Below the pieces are notes generated by a model. It did no database searches. It had not been told where the DNA came from and worked only from the letters and a program-made list of their open reading frames with translations. Shown here one piece after another: positions 24,420-37,829 of a stretch of 64,000 bases of DNA. Position 1 is the stretch's first letter. The number at the start of each line of letters is the position of its first letter. The DNA is from Octopus vulgaris (taxonomy: Eukaryota): positions 26,784,001 to 26,848,000 of the forward strand of contig OX597830.1 in the NCBI GenBank assembly GCA_951406725.2. The letters are read 5' to 3'. The position numbers and the translations under genes were made by a program.

Positions 24420-25820
24420 GTAGCGGACTAGATTATGGTTGTAACGAGGGTTGTTATATTGTCTATGGTCGATGTGGTTTGGGTTAAATTTATTTTTACT
24501 ATTGTAGCATGGTTGGAGGGAGAAGTTATGTCGTCTAGTTAGGTTGTGTTTAATTGAATGATTGAAGTAACCATATTGAGGGTTAAGTCTTGGAGGTAAA
24601 TTCTTCCATTGATTGTGAGATGATGGGGGTGTATTTGTAGGTATTGGTTCCCAAAAGTTTAGGTTGGTCTGGAGGTTTCGATGGAACCTTTGATTTGTAT
24701 GTGGGATGCCTTGAGGATTACGCGCAGATTTTCTATTATGGACTCAATTCCTGATCGTTGTTTGAAAGTTATTTGGGGTGTAAGCGTGGTTAAGTCAGTG
24801 GAGTTGTGTCCCTTAGATCGTCTGTAGTTTTGTGTTAGATAAGCGTGGGATCATTTCTGTGTATATTTTTGGTTTATTTTTCTTCAGGAAGGGGTTATCC
24901 GATGTGTTTTCTATGTTGAACTGTGTTTCGTAATTAAAAACAGGAATTGGTTTGTCTTTCCCAGTTTAAAAACACTTTCCAAGCTTTGACCATCTGAATG
25001 TTTCTTGAATTCGTTGCAGATTTCCTCATCGATGATTTTAAATTTCTGTTCATTGCTTTGTGCTCTAAGCTTAACCTTTTTGTTACCAACCCGGCTGAAA
25101 CTGGCTCTGGTTCTGAATACAAATGTCATGTTTTCATATGTTTTGAATTGAAATCTTCCACCAAATCTTAGTCACAATTTATGTTCCTAACACACTAGCT
25201 TAATGATAAATAAATTATTTCACTAAATTCTTTCTTATATTTAAAGTAATTGAAAGAAATACAGAGTATCTCAAAATAAATACAGTAACGAAAGGGTTAA
25301 GGAGTTCTATTTCTGTCTTCATTTTTTCCAGTGTTAGTTTCTCCCTTAATTGTCTTTGCAGGTCCTGCTCATTTGGAATACGTTTAATTTGGAATTTATG
25401 AGGCAAAATTATCGGTGTAGAATTTAACCAGCATTCATAAATTTCTGCCTTGTGGTTGTTTTTAATCATATTCCAGAACGAAAATCTTCTGGCTTTAAGT
25501 TTTTCATTCCATATGTGGATAATGCTGTTTTTAATAGATAGTGTAAGCATGGAGGTGGCTCTATCTTGTGTATCATCTGTAGATGGATTTTCATTTAAAT
25601 AATTATTATGAGATAAAGAATGAAGAGTGGTGCAGAATTCAGACAAATGTTGATTGAGTTGTTCCAGAGATTGTTCTTTCTCTTCTTTTTCTTTTGCCTC
25701 TTGTGTAAAGTGAGTGAGTTAATCGATCTTGCTAATTAGAAGTCTCAAATTCGTGTTGGTCTCTTTTAGTTCCTTAAGAGTCTCTTCATTGAGAGTTTTA
25801 ACTGTAGAGTTTGGTGTTTG
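24420..25820 (-). mobile_element. Decayed coding relic, probably the N-terminal ORF region of a retroelement
   Basis: Non-repetitive reading frame (IWNEKLKARRFSFWNMIKNNHKAEIYECWL..EIELL|KLRAQSNEQKFKIIDEEI) is rejoined when the MITE at 25075-25296 is removed. Stops and frameshifts elsewhere. Family assignment is inference. Confidence 0.5.
25075..25296. mobile_element. piggyBac-type MITE
   Basis: TTAA TSDs at 25071-25074 and 25297-25300. Its removal restores the flanking reading frame. Confidence 0.9.
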
Positions 25821-25825
25821 TGGCA

Positions 25826-25862
<37 letters not shown>

Positions 25863-25965
25863 GTGTGTGTATAAATTAGAAAAAACACCTTTTATCAATT
25901 CAATAAATTGAATTTTTCCCTGCAAGTTTGGAATAATTTTCCCTTATATTATTACTATATGTGTG

Positions 25966-26062
<97 letters not shown>

Positions 26063-26084
26063 GATATATATATGTATATACATG

Positions 26085-26118
<34 letters not shown>

Positions 26119-26152
26119 TAGATATAGATATATACATGTATATACATGTATG

Positions 26153-26183
<31 letters not shown>

Positions 26184-26437
26184 GTGTATGTATGTATATA
26201 TATATATATGTATATATGTATGTATATATGTATTTATATATATATGTATGTATATATATATGTATGTATGTATGTGTGTGTGTGTGTGTATATGTATGTG
26301 TATATATGTATAGGGAGAGAGTAAAAAAAGCAACGGTGTAAGGATGTGATACATGTAAAGTATTAGCAGACACTCAGGGAAGAAAGAAAGATGTATATAT
26401 ATATATATATATATTAAATTAATAATCATTATATATG

Positions 26438-26488
<51 letters not shown>

Positions 26489-26537
26489 ATATATATATGT
26501 ATATATATATATATTAAATTTATAATCATTATATATG

Positions 26538-26576
<39 letters not shown>

Positions 26577-27339
26577 ATAATTTCCTTAAATCCTTAAAAA
26601 TGTTTCAGCCTGAAGGCTGCGGTCATGCTGGGGCACCACCGTTGAATGAGCTACACTAGTATGTGAATCCACCTCTGATACGTGGCACTTAGTCAACAAG
26701 GGAGTTCGATGCTGCTGCCCGCATCTGTGTCTCCTGCCGAGAGGTAGGTTCATCTGGGACCCCGGACAAGAAGAGGTCCAAAACAAACCCACATCCACAC
26801 CATGCATCTAGGGAGGATGTTGAAGAGCTGTGGTCCTCTGAAACCCAAGCTGTTGCAGTATCTGTTCCTGTATTTTGATGGTGATGTTGGAATCTTTGGC
26901 TCCATGCAGTGGCACCCCGTTCTGTGGTTGGGGTAACTTTGAATGCCAAAGTTCGGGACAAGACCCTCAAGGATTTTCCAGATATATATATGCTTATTTT
27001 AAGGTACAAAGTCGAATTAATTCAGTATGGCGGAGATAAGTCTTGGTTTGACACACACACACACATATATATATATATAATAATAATAAAATTTGGGAGT
27101 ATGGCTCCAAACTTACAGGGAAAATTAGATTTAGGATTAAATCAAATTTCTCAGTATAAATATATAAAATATGAATTAGAGATAAAACTACTATTAGGCA
27201 ACTCAAACAGTGATAGACATAAACCAATACATAAATAACAAATAATATAAATATAATAAAATTTTTTTTTTTTGAGTTGCCTAATAGTGGTTTTATCTCT
27301 AATTTCATGTATATATATGTATATATATATATTGTAGAA

Positions 27340-27920
27340 ATATGTTATAAAAAGAAAATATAAAATACACGTGGAAATGTAAAGGTAAAATATGAAAAAT
27401 CAACGAAAATGCACATTGTAAATTTAAAAAAAGGGCTTTTTATGAAAGGTAACGACAAATATATACATTTAGATGGACTGAGGAAGTCATAAAAGTCATT
27501 ATTATGACATGATTATAAAGTCAGAAAACAAAGCATACCATGGTTTCTGCAAAGCTATTCATTGCTTCGTATACACCGGCTAATACATGGTGTCAGGTCT
27601 AATAGTTCCTGAGAAAAAAGATTATTTGTAAGGGAGGTAAATAGTTCTGGATTATTTGTAAGGGAGGTAAGTAGTTCTGATTTAAAAATGTGAATGGTGT
27701 AGGGAGTGTATAGGGGTTAGTGTTTTAAATTGAAGGGTTAGTGGTGTTCTGTATTGAGTTGTGTGTTCATATTTAGTTGGGGAGATATTTATTGATGAAA
27801 AATGCCTCTTTATTCAATCTTTGTTGCATTGTGGTGTTCTGTGAACATTGATAGAAGGGGAAGATTTGGAAATTGGGATTAAGATTCCTGGCACACCTTT
27901 CTATGTGTTCACTCACCTTT
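27340..27920 (-). mobile_element. Penelope-like element 3' end (GIY-YIG C-terminus plus pLTR-like tail)
   Basis: VSEHIERCA..FQIFPFYQC..RLNKEAFFINKYLPN resembles the PLE endonuclease C-terminus (H..C..R...E.FFI..P.LN). A hammerhead-like GAAACCATGGTA lies downstream. Confidence 0.65.
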
Positions 27921-28902
27921 AACTGTATTGTGGGTGGCGGATTTGCTCCACAAGGAGAAACCACAATTAGATATATATTTCTTTATTGCCCACAAGGGGT
28001 TAAACACAGAGGAGACAAACAAGGACAGACAAAGGGATTAAATCAATTACATCAACCCCAGTGCGTAACTGGTACTTATTTAATCGACCCCCCCCCCACC
28101 AAAACATAGAAATATGTTATAAAAAGAAAATATAAAATACAAAGAAAATATAAAATACACGTGGAAATGTAAAGGTAAAATATGAAAAATCACTCACCTT
28201 TAACTGTATTGTGGGTGGCGGATTTGCTCCACAAGGAGAAACCACAATTAGATATATATTTCTTTATTGCCCACAAGGGGTTAAACACAGAGGAGACAAA
28301 CAAGGACAGACAAAGGGATTAAATCAATTACATCAACCCCAGTGCGTAACTGGTACTTATTTAATCGACCCCCCCCCCCACCAAAAGGATGAAAGGCAAA
28401 GTCGACCTTAGCGGAATTTGAACTCAGAATGTAATGGCAGATGAATAGACCCAACCACAACCAATATATAAACAGTGGCAGACTGGCCAGGTTGTCAGCT
28501 TGCCTGATGGCAAGTGGGCCCCTGTGCCAATAGAATCCATATATGGGAACCTATGTTAGTATCTAAGGGGCACATCCCCTCAAGTTCGAGAATTTTTTAT
28601 TCACTCCCAGAAGAATGCATTGATTATTTCAGCCTGGCTGTGTTTGTAGACAGTTGAAAAGATTACTTTTAACAAAAAGAATTAAAAAAATAAAATAAAA
28701 TAAATGATAGCATCATAGATGCAGGTGGCCTCCCTTAGTTTCCTGGCAAACTAATATTTTTAGACCCAGTCTACCACTGGGTATAAGGACAGACACATAT
28801 AAAAAAAAATTTTTAAACAATTTTATACATATTATCATTTTTAAAAAATACTTTCCATGACCTAAATCATTTTTCAATATACATATATACACAATAAACA
28901 AA

Positions 28903-29310
28903 GGCGTAGGAGTGGCTGTGTGGTAAGTAGCTTGCTTATCAACCACGTGGTTCCGGGTTCAGTCCCACTGCGTGGCACTTTGGGCAAGTGTCTTCTACTA
29001 TAGTCTCGGGGCGACCAAACCCTTGTGAGTGGATTTGGTAGACGGAAACTAAAAGAAGCTCGTTGTATATATGCATATATATGTGTGTGTGTGTGTGTGT
29101 TTTTGTTTGTGTGTCTGTGTTTGTCTCCCCAACATCGCTTGACAACCGATGCTGGTGTGTTTACATCCCCCATAACTTAGCGGTTCGGCAAAAGAGACCG
29201 ATAGAATAAGTACTAGGCTTACAAAGAATAAGTCCTGGGGTCGATTTGCTCTACTAAAGGTGGTGCTCCAGCATGACCACAGTCAAATGACTGAAACAAG
29301 TAAAAGAGTA
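28903..29310 (+). mobile_element. SINE family A, full length
   Basis: Complete head, internal microsatellite and tail. Confidence 0.9.
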
Positions 29311-29339
29311 TATATGCCTGCACACACAAACACACACAA

Positions 29340-29370
<31 letters not shown>

Positions 29371-30086
29371 AACATACACACATGTATAAAAAAGAAAATA
29401 TTGCACAAACACACACATACAAAAGAAAACATCATAAAAGCACACACACAACTCTACACACACACACACACGCACACAAACACACACATACACAAAAATG
29501 AAAACATCACAAAAACAAACATACACACAGCTGGTGGCCACACACATACTCACAGGTGGAGACACTCAAAAGAATACATCCAGCCCAAACAAAAATCCTA
29601 ATTCTTTTACTCAACAAAAATAAATTTTTCACAACATATTCACCCATCAAATCACAGCTGGTCATTTTTCAAAACATATTGAAAGCACACTCAACACAAT
29701 ACACACACACACACACACCCACACACACACACACAGAGGCACAGGAGGACATAAAACCCATTCAACAAAGGCTTTTTAGCCACTCCTTTGACAGGAACAC
29801 TCAAAGATTTCTTTTAGATTAGACAACAGACACCCCTGCTTTCACTCTCTAACACTTTGAATTCTACACCCAATCTCAAAACATGTTCTTCACCACCAGA
29901 CAGAAGACAGACTGTTTTTACTTCAAATTTTTATAATTTTTATAAAATTTTTTGTAATATTTGATAAGATGAAATACATCAAAACCTATAATATTAATAT
30001 TTTTCTTTATATAATCTTTTAGTAAATTCCCTCTTAAACTGAAATGTCTTAGACTTAATTCTGAGATATTTCCACCTCCATCTTGA

Positions 30087-30122
<36 letters not shown>

Positions 30123-30256
30123 TGTATGTATGTGTGTGTGTATATTATATATATATATATTATATATGTGTATATATATATGTGTGTGTGTGTGTATAGA
30201 TATGTGCATATATGTATGTGTATATATGTATATATGTATGTGTGTATATATGTATG

Positions 30257-30288
<32 letters not shown>

Positions 30289-30303
30289 TATGTACATATA
30301 TAC

Positions 30304-30350
<47 letters not shown>

Positions 30351-30784
30351 TTCAATACACAAACAATGAAAGAAAAAAATGGAAACCAAGACAAGTAACA
30401 TAAAGAACGATCCTTCATCAGTTGCTAGCTGCCTGTCTACTCCTCGTTAGATGGCAATGAGGATAAAATAGCGAATACTGGAGAAATATTTTCTTTGAAA
30501 AGAGTAAAGATAGAAGAGTGAGGTAGAATACATTCAGTCCTTAGGACAGTCCTGAAGGAAAAGGAAGAAGATCATGTGAGGAAAAGAAAGATGGATGATG
30601 GTCACATGTGAGCAATGAGAGCAAGAAAAAGGGAGAGGGAGAGAGAGAGAGAGACATAGAAAGCAGTGAAGGGTAGAAAAAGATAAGGGAGTAAACAGTA
30701 TAGAGTAGAGTCATATCAAAAAGATATGGATGCGTGGCATTCAATCAAATAATAATATAAGTAATATATATGTGCATATATATA

Positions 30785-30829
<45 letters not shown>

Positions 30830-31244
30830 GTATGGGTGCAGGATGTCACCAACAATAAACAACATGAAATGCAAAAACAAATGAGTTCAATACGCAAACA
30901 ACAAAAGAAACAAATGGAAAACAGGACAAGTTACATAAAGAACGACCCTGTCATCAGTTGTCAGCTGTCTATCTACTCCTCATTTCGAGCATTGAACGGC
31001 AGTATGAGTCTTCGAAGACAGTTGCTCCCATAAGTACCAAAATAAATTTTGGATTTATGGAGGGTCAAAGTTGGGAACAAAAACAGGACAGTGGAGACAT
31101 ACAAGGAAACTGAACTAAATCAAGCATGGAGGGTTGTTAGGCCAGAACGAGGGTAAATTAGGAAATGGTGGAGAAATATTTTCTTGGAAAAATGAAAAGA
31201 TAGAAGAGAGAGGTAGAATACATCCAGTCCTTAGAATGTCCTGG

Positions 31245-31698
31245 TGTAGGGCTTAAGGCCCAAGTCATCATTCACAGCTGGTCTGATGGTCAAGTTTAGA
31301 AACCAGCTTCCTCATGGATGTGGTCCATTGAAACTTTGGATCATGAGGGTGTTGATGAAGTCTTGATTCTGCTTTTTGTTGTCCCCACTGCTGCCAGACT
31401 TCCTCTGAATGCTGTTGCCCATGTCCATTCTCTTCTCGACTTTATAAACTGTACCTAAGAACACTCCAACTATGCTTGAGATCCTCTTCAGATTGACTTG
31501 TGCATGGACTAAATCACATACTCTTTGGCATTTGTCTTCCTGCGCAGTCATATTCTTAAATTTTTGCTGCAAAAAAATGTTTATTATTAACTGACAATGT
31601 ATTCTTTGTTCTGCATTAGGTTTCATAACATTTGGTGTAGTGGTTGTTGGGAAATATTAGTCTAACTTTTAAGGCAAGTTTTGCTTCCCCACTCTATA
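31245..31698 (-). mobile_element. Tc1/IS630-like transposon 5' fragment
   Basis: HTH-like frame KCQRVCDLVHAQVNLKRISSIVGVFLGTVYKVEKRM..IQRKSGSSG.NKK. Ends at a TA. Confidence 0.6.
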
Positions 31699-31775
31699 AC
31701 ACACACACACACACACACACACATGATATACAATGTGATATATTGCTAATGTATACCTGTATGTTCTGTCCACAG

Positions 31776-31871
31776 GAAGAGCTGATAAAATGGATGTTTT
31801 GTCAACACATGCTGTCCATAAAAGGACCATAGTCGAGCCATTTCCAGAACATCTTGAGAATGCAATGTTTG
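31776..31871 (+). CDS. MSRA: MSRA exon 3: (G)RADKMDVLSTHAVHKRTIVEPFPEHLENAMF(G)
   Basis: CACAG acceptor, G|GTAAGC donor, phase 1/1. Matches the MsrA segment H.V...T..PFP.....A.FG. Confidence 0.93.
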
Positions 31872-32053
31872 GTAAGCTCCAGAATATCTCTTCAGAATAT
31901 CAATAATAATAATGCAGTTTTGCCATCTACACTACACTGAACACAATATATACACACTGTCAGTCTACACCCAGTACAACATCTACAGACAGTCACTGTA
32001 CACCAAATGCAACACGAGAAAGTGATTCAGAAAACGATAATAATGATAATATA

Positions 32054-32312
32054 CTTTACATTATAAATAATTTTGACATTTTTTTTATTTTGCCTAAAAT
32101 ATTCTTTACATTATAAATAATTTTGACATTTTTTTTATTTTGCCTAAAATATTCTTTACATTATAAATAATTTTGACATTTTTTTTATTTTGCCTAAAAT
32201 ATTCTTTACATTATAAATAATTTTGATATTTTTTTTATTTTGCCTAAAATATTCTTTACATTATAAATAATTTTGACATTTTAAAAAATTTTGCCTAAAT
32301 ATTCTTTACATT
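32054..32312. repeat. 50-bp minisatellite x5 in MSRA intron 3
   Basis: CTTTACA recurs at 32054, 32104, 32154, 32204, 32254 and 32304. Confidence 0.97.
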
Positions 32313-32684
32313 CTGTTGTTTATTTGCCATTTATTTACGAGTATTATAAATTTTATAAGTAAAATATTTTTCTGGGAATGAATTACAATTTATAACATTG
32401 CTACTAGCGGAAATTATCACTCTGCTTTATGAGTTTTCATTTACGAGTAGTCTCCAAGAACAAATTAACTCATATATCAAGGCGCTATTGTATATCTTTT
32501 AATGTACATAATATAAAGATATGAGCTACCAATGGTTTCATGCTTTGGAGACACGGGTCTAGACAATTTTTCATAACATGCCTTGTGTCTTCAAGCATCT
32601 TTAGGCTCGTATCTTTATAATCTGTGCATTAAATGATATTTATCTCTCATGTGTGTGTAATGCAGAATGAAATCTTTGTTTCAG

Positions 32685-32749
32685 GTATGGGTTGTTTCTG
32701 GGGTGCTGAGAAAAGGTTCTGGAATGTGCCTGGTGTTTTTTCTACACAA
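32685..32749 (+). CDS. MSRA: MSRA exon 4 with the catalytic motif: (G)[21 protein letters not shown]
   Basis: TTTCAG acceptor, GTAAGT donor. GCFWG active-site motif with Cys encoded by TGT. Confidence 0.97.
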
Positions 32750-33037
32750 GTAAGTCATTGTTTAACATCCACTTTACCGTGCTTGCATGGGTCAGATGGA
32801 ATTTATTGAAGTACATTTCTTATACATAGACAGACGCCTTTCTTGTTGCCAAGCATTGCCTGTTACCAAGCAAGGTAATATTTTCTCATCACTAGACATG
32901 TTTTTCACAGAAAACTGGAGATGAATAACCTCACTTGTATGATGATGCTCGTTTGCAACCATCATGTGATGTCTAGATAATGAAACACACACACACACAG
33001 ACGCACACACACACAGACGCACACACACACACATACA

Positions 33038-33079
<42 letters not shown>

Positions 33080-33177
33080 CTCTCTCTCTCTCTCTTTTGC
33101 AAGATTCTTTATATGAGTTTGTGTGTTGAAGCATATTCTGTTGTGTCTGGGGAGAGTCATTTTCTTTTTGTGCCTAA

Positions 33178-33320
33178 TGATTTAACACACTCACCGGTAA
33201 AATTTCCACTTATTTCTTATTTTTATTTTCCTATCGAAAAGGTTATAAGATGCAAAGAAAATTTTAGGAAAATAAAAATAAGAAATAAGTGGAAATTTTA
33301 CCTGTGAGTGTGTTAAATCA
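33178..33320. repeat. Palindrome with arms of about 56 bp
   Basis: TGATTTAACACACTCAC..TTTTCCTA / TAGGAAAA..GTGAGTGTGTTAAATCA. Confidence 0.9.
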
Positions 33321-34870
33321 TGAGTGCATTTTGTTATACTGAATGAGATTAATTTAGAAATCAAGCTAGGTATAATTTTCTGGAGGATATGAATAGCTTA
33401 TATAATGAAGTGTAAGTGAAAGACCCCCCCCCAAAAAAAAAACTTCTCTTTATGTATTATTATTATTATTATTATATAAGGGGCAATAACTCATGTTTTG
33501 AACAATTGAATTTATCTTTATCTTTAATATATAACAATATATACAATTAATAGTAATTTATATATCCATCCATCCATCTCTCTATCTATCTATAAATAAA
33601 TAAATAAATAAATATATAAAAAAGGAACTTTAGGTTAAAATATATTTGTGATATATTTTGAGAGGCAAATTCACTGCAGTTACTGTGGAGAAAAAAATCT
33701 CTTTTGTGGTAAAAGGTGTAAAAACACCATATCTGCCCATTTGCTCAGTGGTTCCCAATATCAGATTCCCAGATACATGTTTCTGGTTGTTTAGTCTTCC
33801 TCATTGGGAAATACGGAAGAGAGATAACTCTGGGCAGATTCAAATCCGTACCTTTATCTAAACATGGTCAACATCAGTGAGTGAGTTGTGCCAATGGACT
33901 GCCTGGTCAGAATTAAAAAAAAAAAAAACAGTATCAGCACCGAGCAATGATTAGGAATAGGTCAGTTGAAATATTTTTCTAAAGGCAAATTCACTGCTGT
34001 TACTCTTTTTAGGAAGGACATCCAGCTGTAGAAATTTTGCCAGATCAGATTGGAGCCTGGTGCAGCCTCTGGCTCACCAGTCCTCAGTCAAATCGTCCAA
34101 CCCATGCGAGCACGGAAAGCAGACGTTAAATGATGATGATGATGATGATGATGATGAAAGGCTTCTTTCAGTTTCTGTCTACCAAATCTACTCACAAGGC
34201 TTTGGACAGCCCAAGGCTATAGCAGAAGACACTGCCATCCATTGGGACTGAACCCAGAATCATGTGGTTGGAAAGCAAGCTTCTTACCACACAGCCATGC
34301 CTGTGCCTATATATACCTATGCATACATACATAAAAACTTATATCATACTTGTATTTTAGTTACACACACATACACATACACACATACATACACACACAC
34401 ACACATCCTAGAACTAGGTATGAATTATCAACGGAAAGGATTGAAAATTTATCACAGATTTTGTACAATTAAAGGGACAATTAAAGGAGATATATTAAAG
34501 GGATAATTAAAGGAGATATATTCTTTCACCCTTATCCTTGTCTGACCAATAACTTACAAGGCATTACGGGGGCCAAAGCAAAACATATACAAGACCAGTT
34601 TCAAGTCAGTGTTAAAGTAAATGTGTGCAAACACACGCACACAGCAGCAACAGCACCACCACCACCACCATCACCATTTTACCATCCGCTTTCCATGCTT
34701 ACATGGGTTGGGCGAACAATGAGATTGAAATAGGTACTTGAAGTACTTATTCAAAGTACTTATTCAAAGTACTTAAAAAGCCATTATGGCTACAGTTCAT
34801 TGACTGAAACCATTAAATGAATAATAGAAATACACATACATTTATATATGTATTCATATACTCATATGTT

Positions 34871-34927
<57 letters not shown>

Positions 34928-35067
34928 ACGGATTTGAAACTTATTTTATTATGTAAGCACACATATATATTCAAATACTCATATAATTTTCTCTCTCTCT
35001 CTCTTACTAAAAACACACACATGCATATATATGTGTGTGTGTGCATGTGTATATGTGTATGTTTGTA

Positions 35068-35115
<48 letters not shown>

Positions 35116-35116
<1 letters not shown>

Positions 35117-35341
35117 GGCGAGCTGGCAGAAACGTTAGCATGCCGGGCGAAATGCGTAGCCGTATTTCATCTGCCGTTATGTTCTGAGTTCAAATTCCAC
35201 CGAGGTCGACTTTGCCTTTCATCCTTTCGGGGTCGATAAATTAAGTACCAGTTGCACACTGGGGTCGATGTAATCGACTTAATCCCTTTGTCTGTCCTTG
35301 TTTGTCCTCTCTGTGTTTAGCCCCTTGTGGATAGTAAAGAA

Positions 35342-35344
<3 letters not shown>
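35116..35344 (+). mobile_element. SINE family B monomer
   Basis: Full head and unit with CpGs largely intact. Confidence 0.88.
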
Positions 35345-35377
<33 letters not shown>

Positions 35378-36136
35378 GTATATATATATATATATATATA
35401 TACACGCAAAAATTCTATGATTATGAGTATAATTATAATTAGGGTTTAGCAAAATTTGCTTCACCACATACCGAAATTTAGAAATAGCAGTTAAACTACT
35501 CTTTTACTACCATAAGAAAATCTCCCAGACAGCACTTTTCTTATGGTAGTAAAAGAGATTGATTTTGCTTTTCATCATTTTAGATCGATAAAATATGTAC
35601 CACTTGAGGACTGGAGGTTGATGTAATCAACTACCCACCCCCGATCCCCCAAAATTTCAAGCCTTGTGGCTATGGTAGAAAGAAAATTATTATTATTATA
35701 TTTTATATCCTGCCACAGATTGATGTAAATAAATTGTGTGGCAGAGGTTTAACCAATGTGTTCACATGGTGTACTTCTCAAGACTACCAGAACTCTCTCT
35801 CTACTACTGATCTCTACTCTTTATAAGAGTTCGACCAGTCCATTCTCCAATCTGCCAGGGGTGTCAATGACTCTTGCCACAACATTATTCTTAGTGGTAT
35901 TTCTTCCAGCTTACTGCTGGCTTAAATGCTAAAATTTCAAACTATTATTCTGTTATTTACATTATTTACACTTGACGGATATTTGTCCTCATCTTATTTA
36001 TTCTTAACACAATGCTTCGGCTTATATACCCTCCAACCTTCATCAGGCGTCGTGAAATTTCAAATTTGGGTTCTCATTCCTAAGGTATTTTTTGTCGGCG
36101 GCGTCGGCAGCGTCAGTGTTAGCATTGTCATCATCG

Positions 36137-36188
<52 letters not shown>

Positions 36189-36348
36189 CATTATTATTCA
36201 GGTTACTACCTGGAATCGAACTTAGAATCTTGGGGTTAGTAGCCTGCGCTCTTAACCACCACACCAAATGTAAATAATGTAAATAATTCCTCATATCTTA
36301 AATATAGAACTGTATTATTCTAAAACGAAGCAAAATTTTCTCCGACAG

Positions 36349-36477
36349 GTTGGATATTCTGGGGGCCATACAGAGAACCCAACATATAAAGAAGTGTGTT
36401 CAGGGAAAACAAGTCACGCGGAAGTTGTACGTATGCAGTTCAACCCTAGTGAGGTGAAATACGTGGAACTACTCAAG
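36349..36477 (+). CDS. MSRA: MSRA exon 5: [43 protein letters not shown]
   Basis: GACAG acceptor, AAG|GTCAGT donor, 43 codons in phase 0/0. VGY.GG...NPTY.EVC.G.T.HAEVV is the MsrA signature. Confidence 0.97.
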
Positions 36478-36912
36478 GTCAGTAATTTGGGTTGGATCTT
36501 TCTTTCTCTCTTCCTTTCTTTTTTTTTTGGTGCCATATCCACAATGGTGATCATGTCCAGCCACAATTCACTATTCTTTTTCTGTAATAGTTCCTGATGT
36601 TTAATGCCCCTTTCTTTCAACCTGTTTGTCAAGATTGATAGCCATATCATCCTACTTACTTTTTCTTCCCCTGCTTCTTTTGCCTTCAATCCTTCCAGTC
36701 ATTGATAAATTCTTCAGGCCTTCTTTCCTCATCACACAACCAAGAAATTCAGTTGTTTGGCCCTTACCTTATGAAGCGGTTTCTTATTTACCACAGCTGG
36801 GATCATCACTTCATTAATATCTGACTCCTCTTTCTCTTACTTTTCCATCTCCTCCTCCTCCTCCCCAAATCTCTTTCCTTTTTTTTTTTTGCTTTTCATT
36901 ATTGTCATTATT

Positions 36913-37400
36913 GTGGAGGCATGTGGCTTAGTGGTTAGGGTGTCAGCATCATGATCATAAGATTGTGGTTTTGATTCCTGGACCGGGCGACGTGTTATGT
37001 TCTTGAGCAAAACACTTCATTTCACTTTGCTCCAGTCCACTCAGCTGGCAAAAATGAGTAACGCTGCAATGGACTGGCGTCCTGTTCAGCTGGGGAACAC
37101 ATATGCCATAGAAACCAGGAAACCGGGTCCATGAGACTGTCTAGGCTTTAAAAGGGCGCATTTTGTGGAGGCGCATGGCTTAGTGGTTAGGGTGTCAGCA
37201 TCAGGATCGTAAGATTGTGGTTTCGATTCCTGGACTGGGCGATGCATTGTGATCTTGAGCAAAACACTTCATTTCACATTGCTCCAGTCCACTCAGCTGG
37301 CAAAAGTGAGTAACGCTGCGATGGACTGGCGTCCTTTCCAGCTGTGAGACACATACGCCATAGAAACCAGGAAACCGGAGGCTTTAAAAGGGCGCGTTTA
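36913..37400 (+). mobile_element. Tandem dimer of SINE family D
   Basis: Two head-to-tail copies of about 250 bp bracketed by one TSD, TATTGTCATTATT. Confidence 0.85.
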
Positions 37401-37431
37401 TTTTTTATCTATTGTCATTATTAGCTCTTTG

Positions 37432-37652
37432 TTTAAGGCGGTGAGCTGGCAGAATCGTTAGCACGCTGGATAAAATACTTAGTATTTCACCCATCACTAT
37501 GTTCTGAGTTCAAATTTTGCTGAGGTCAACTTTGCCTTTCATCCTTTCGGGGCTGATGAAATAAGTACCAGTAAAACACTGGGGCCGATGTAATCAACTA
37601 GTCCCCTCCCACCAAAATTTCAGGCCTTGTGCCTATAGCAGAGAGGAAAAGG
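37432..37652 (+). mobile_element. SINE family B monomer with the alternative tail
   Basis: 15-bp TSD ATTATTAGCTCTTTG (37417-37431, 37653-37667). Confidence 0.88.
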
Positions 37653-37829
37653 ATTATTAGCTCTTTGCTCTCCATGAGAAGGCACAAGGTTTAATGGCTA
37701 GGGGTATTCAGATCACAATCGTAAGGTTGTGAGTTTGATTCCCAACATCGTGTTCTGTCTTTGAGCAAGACACTTTATTTCTCATTGCTTTAGAATTCAA
37801 ATTACTGTTAAATGTAATGCTTATTTATT

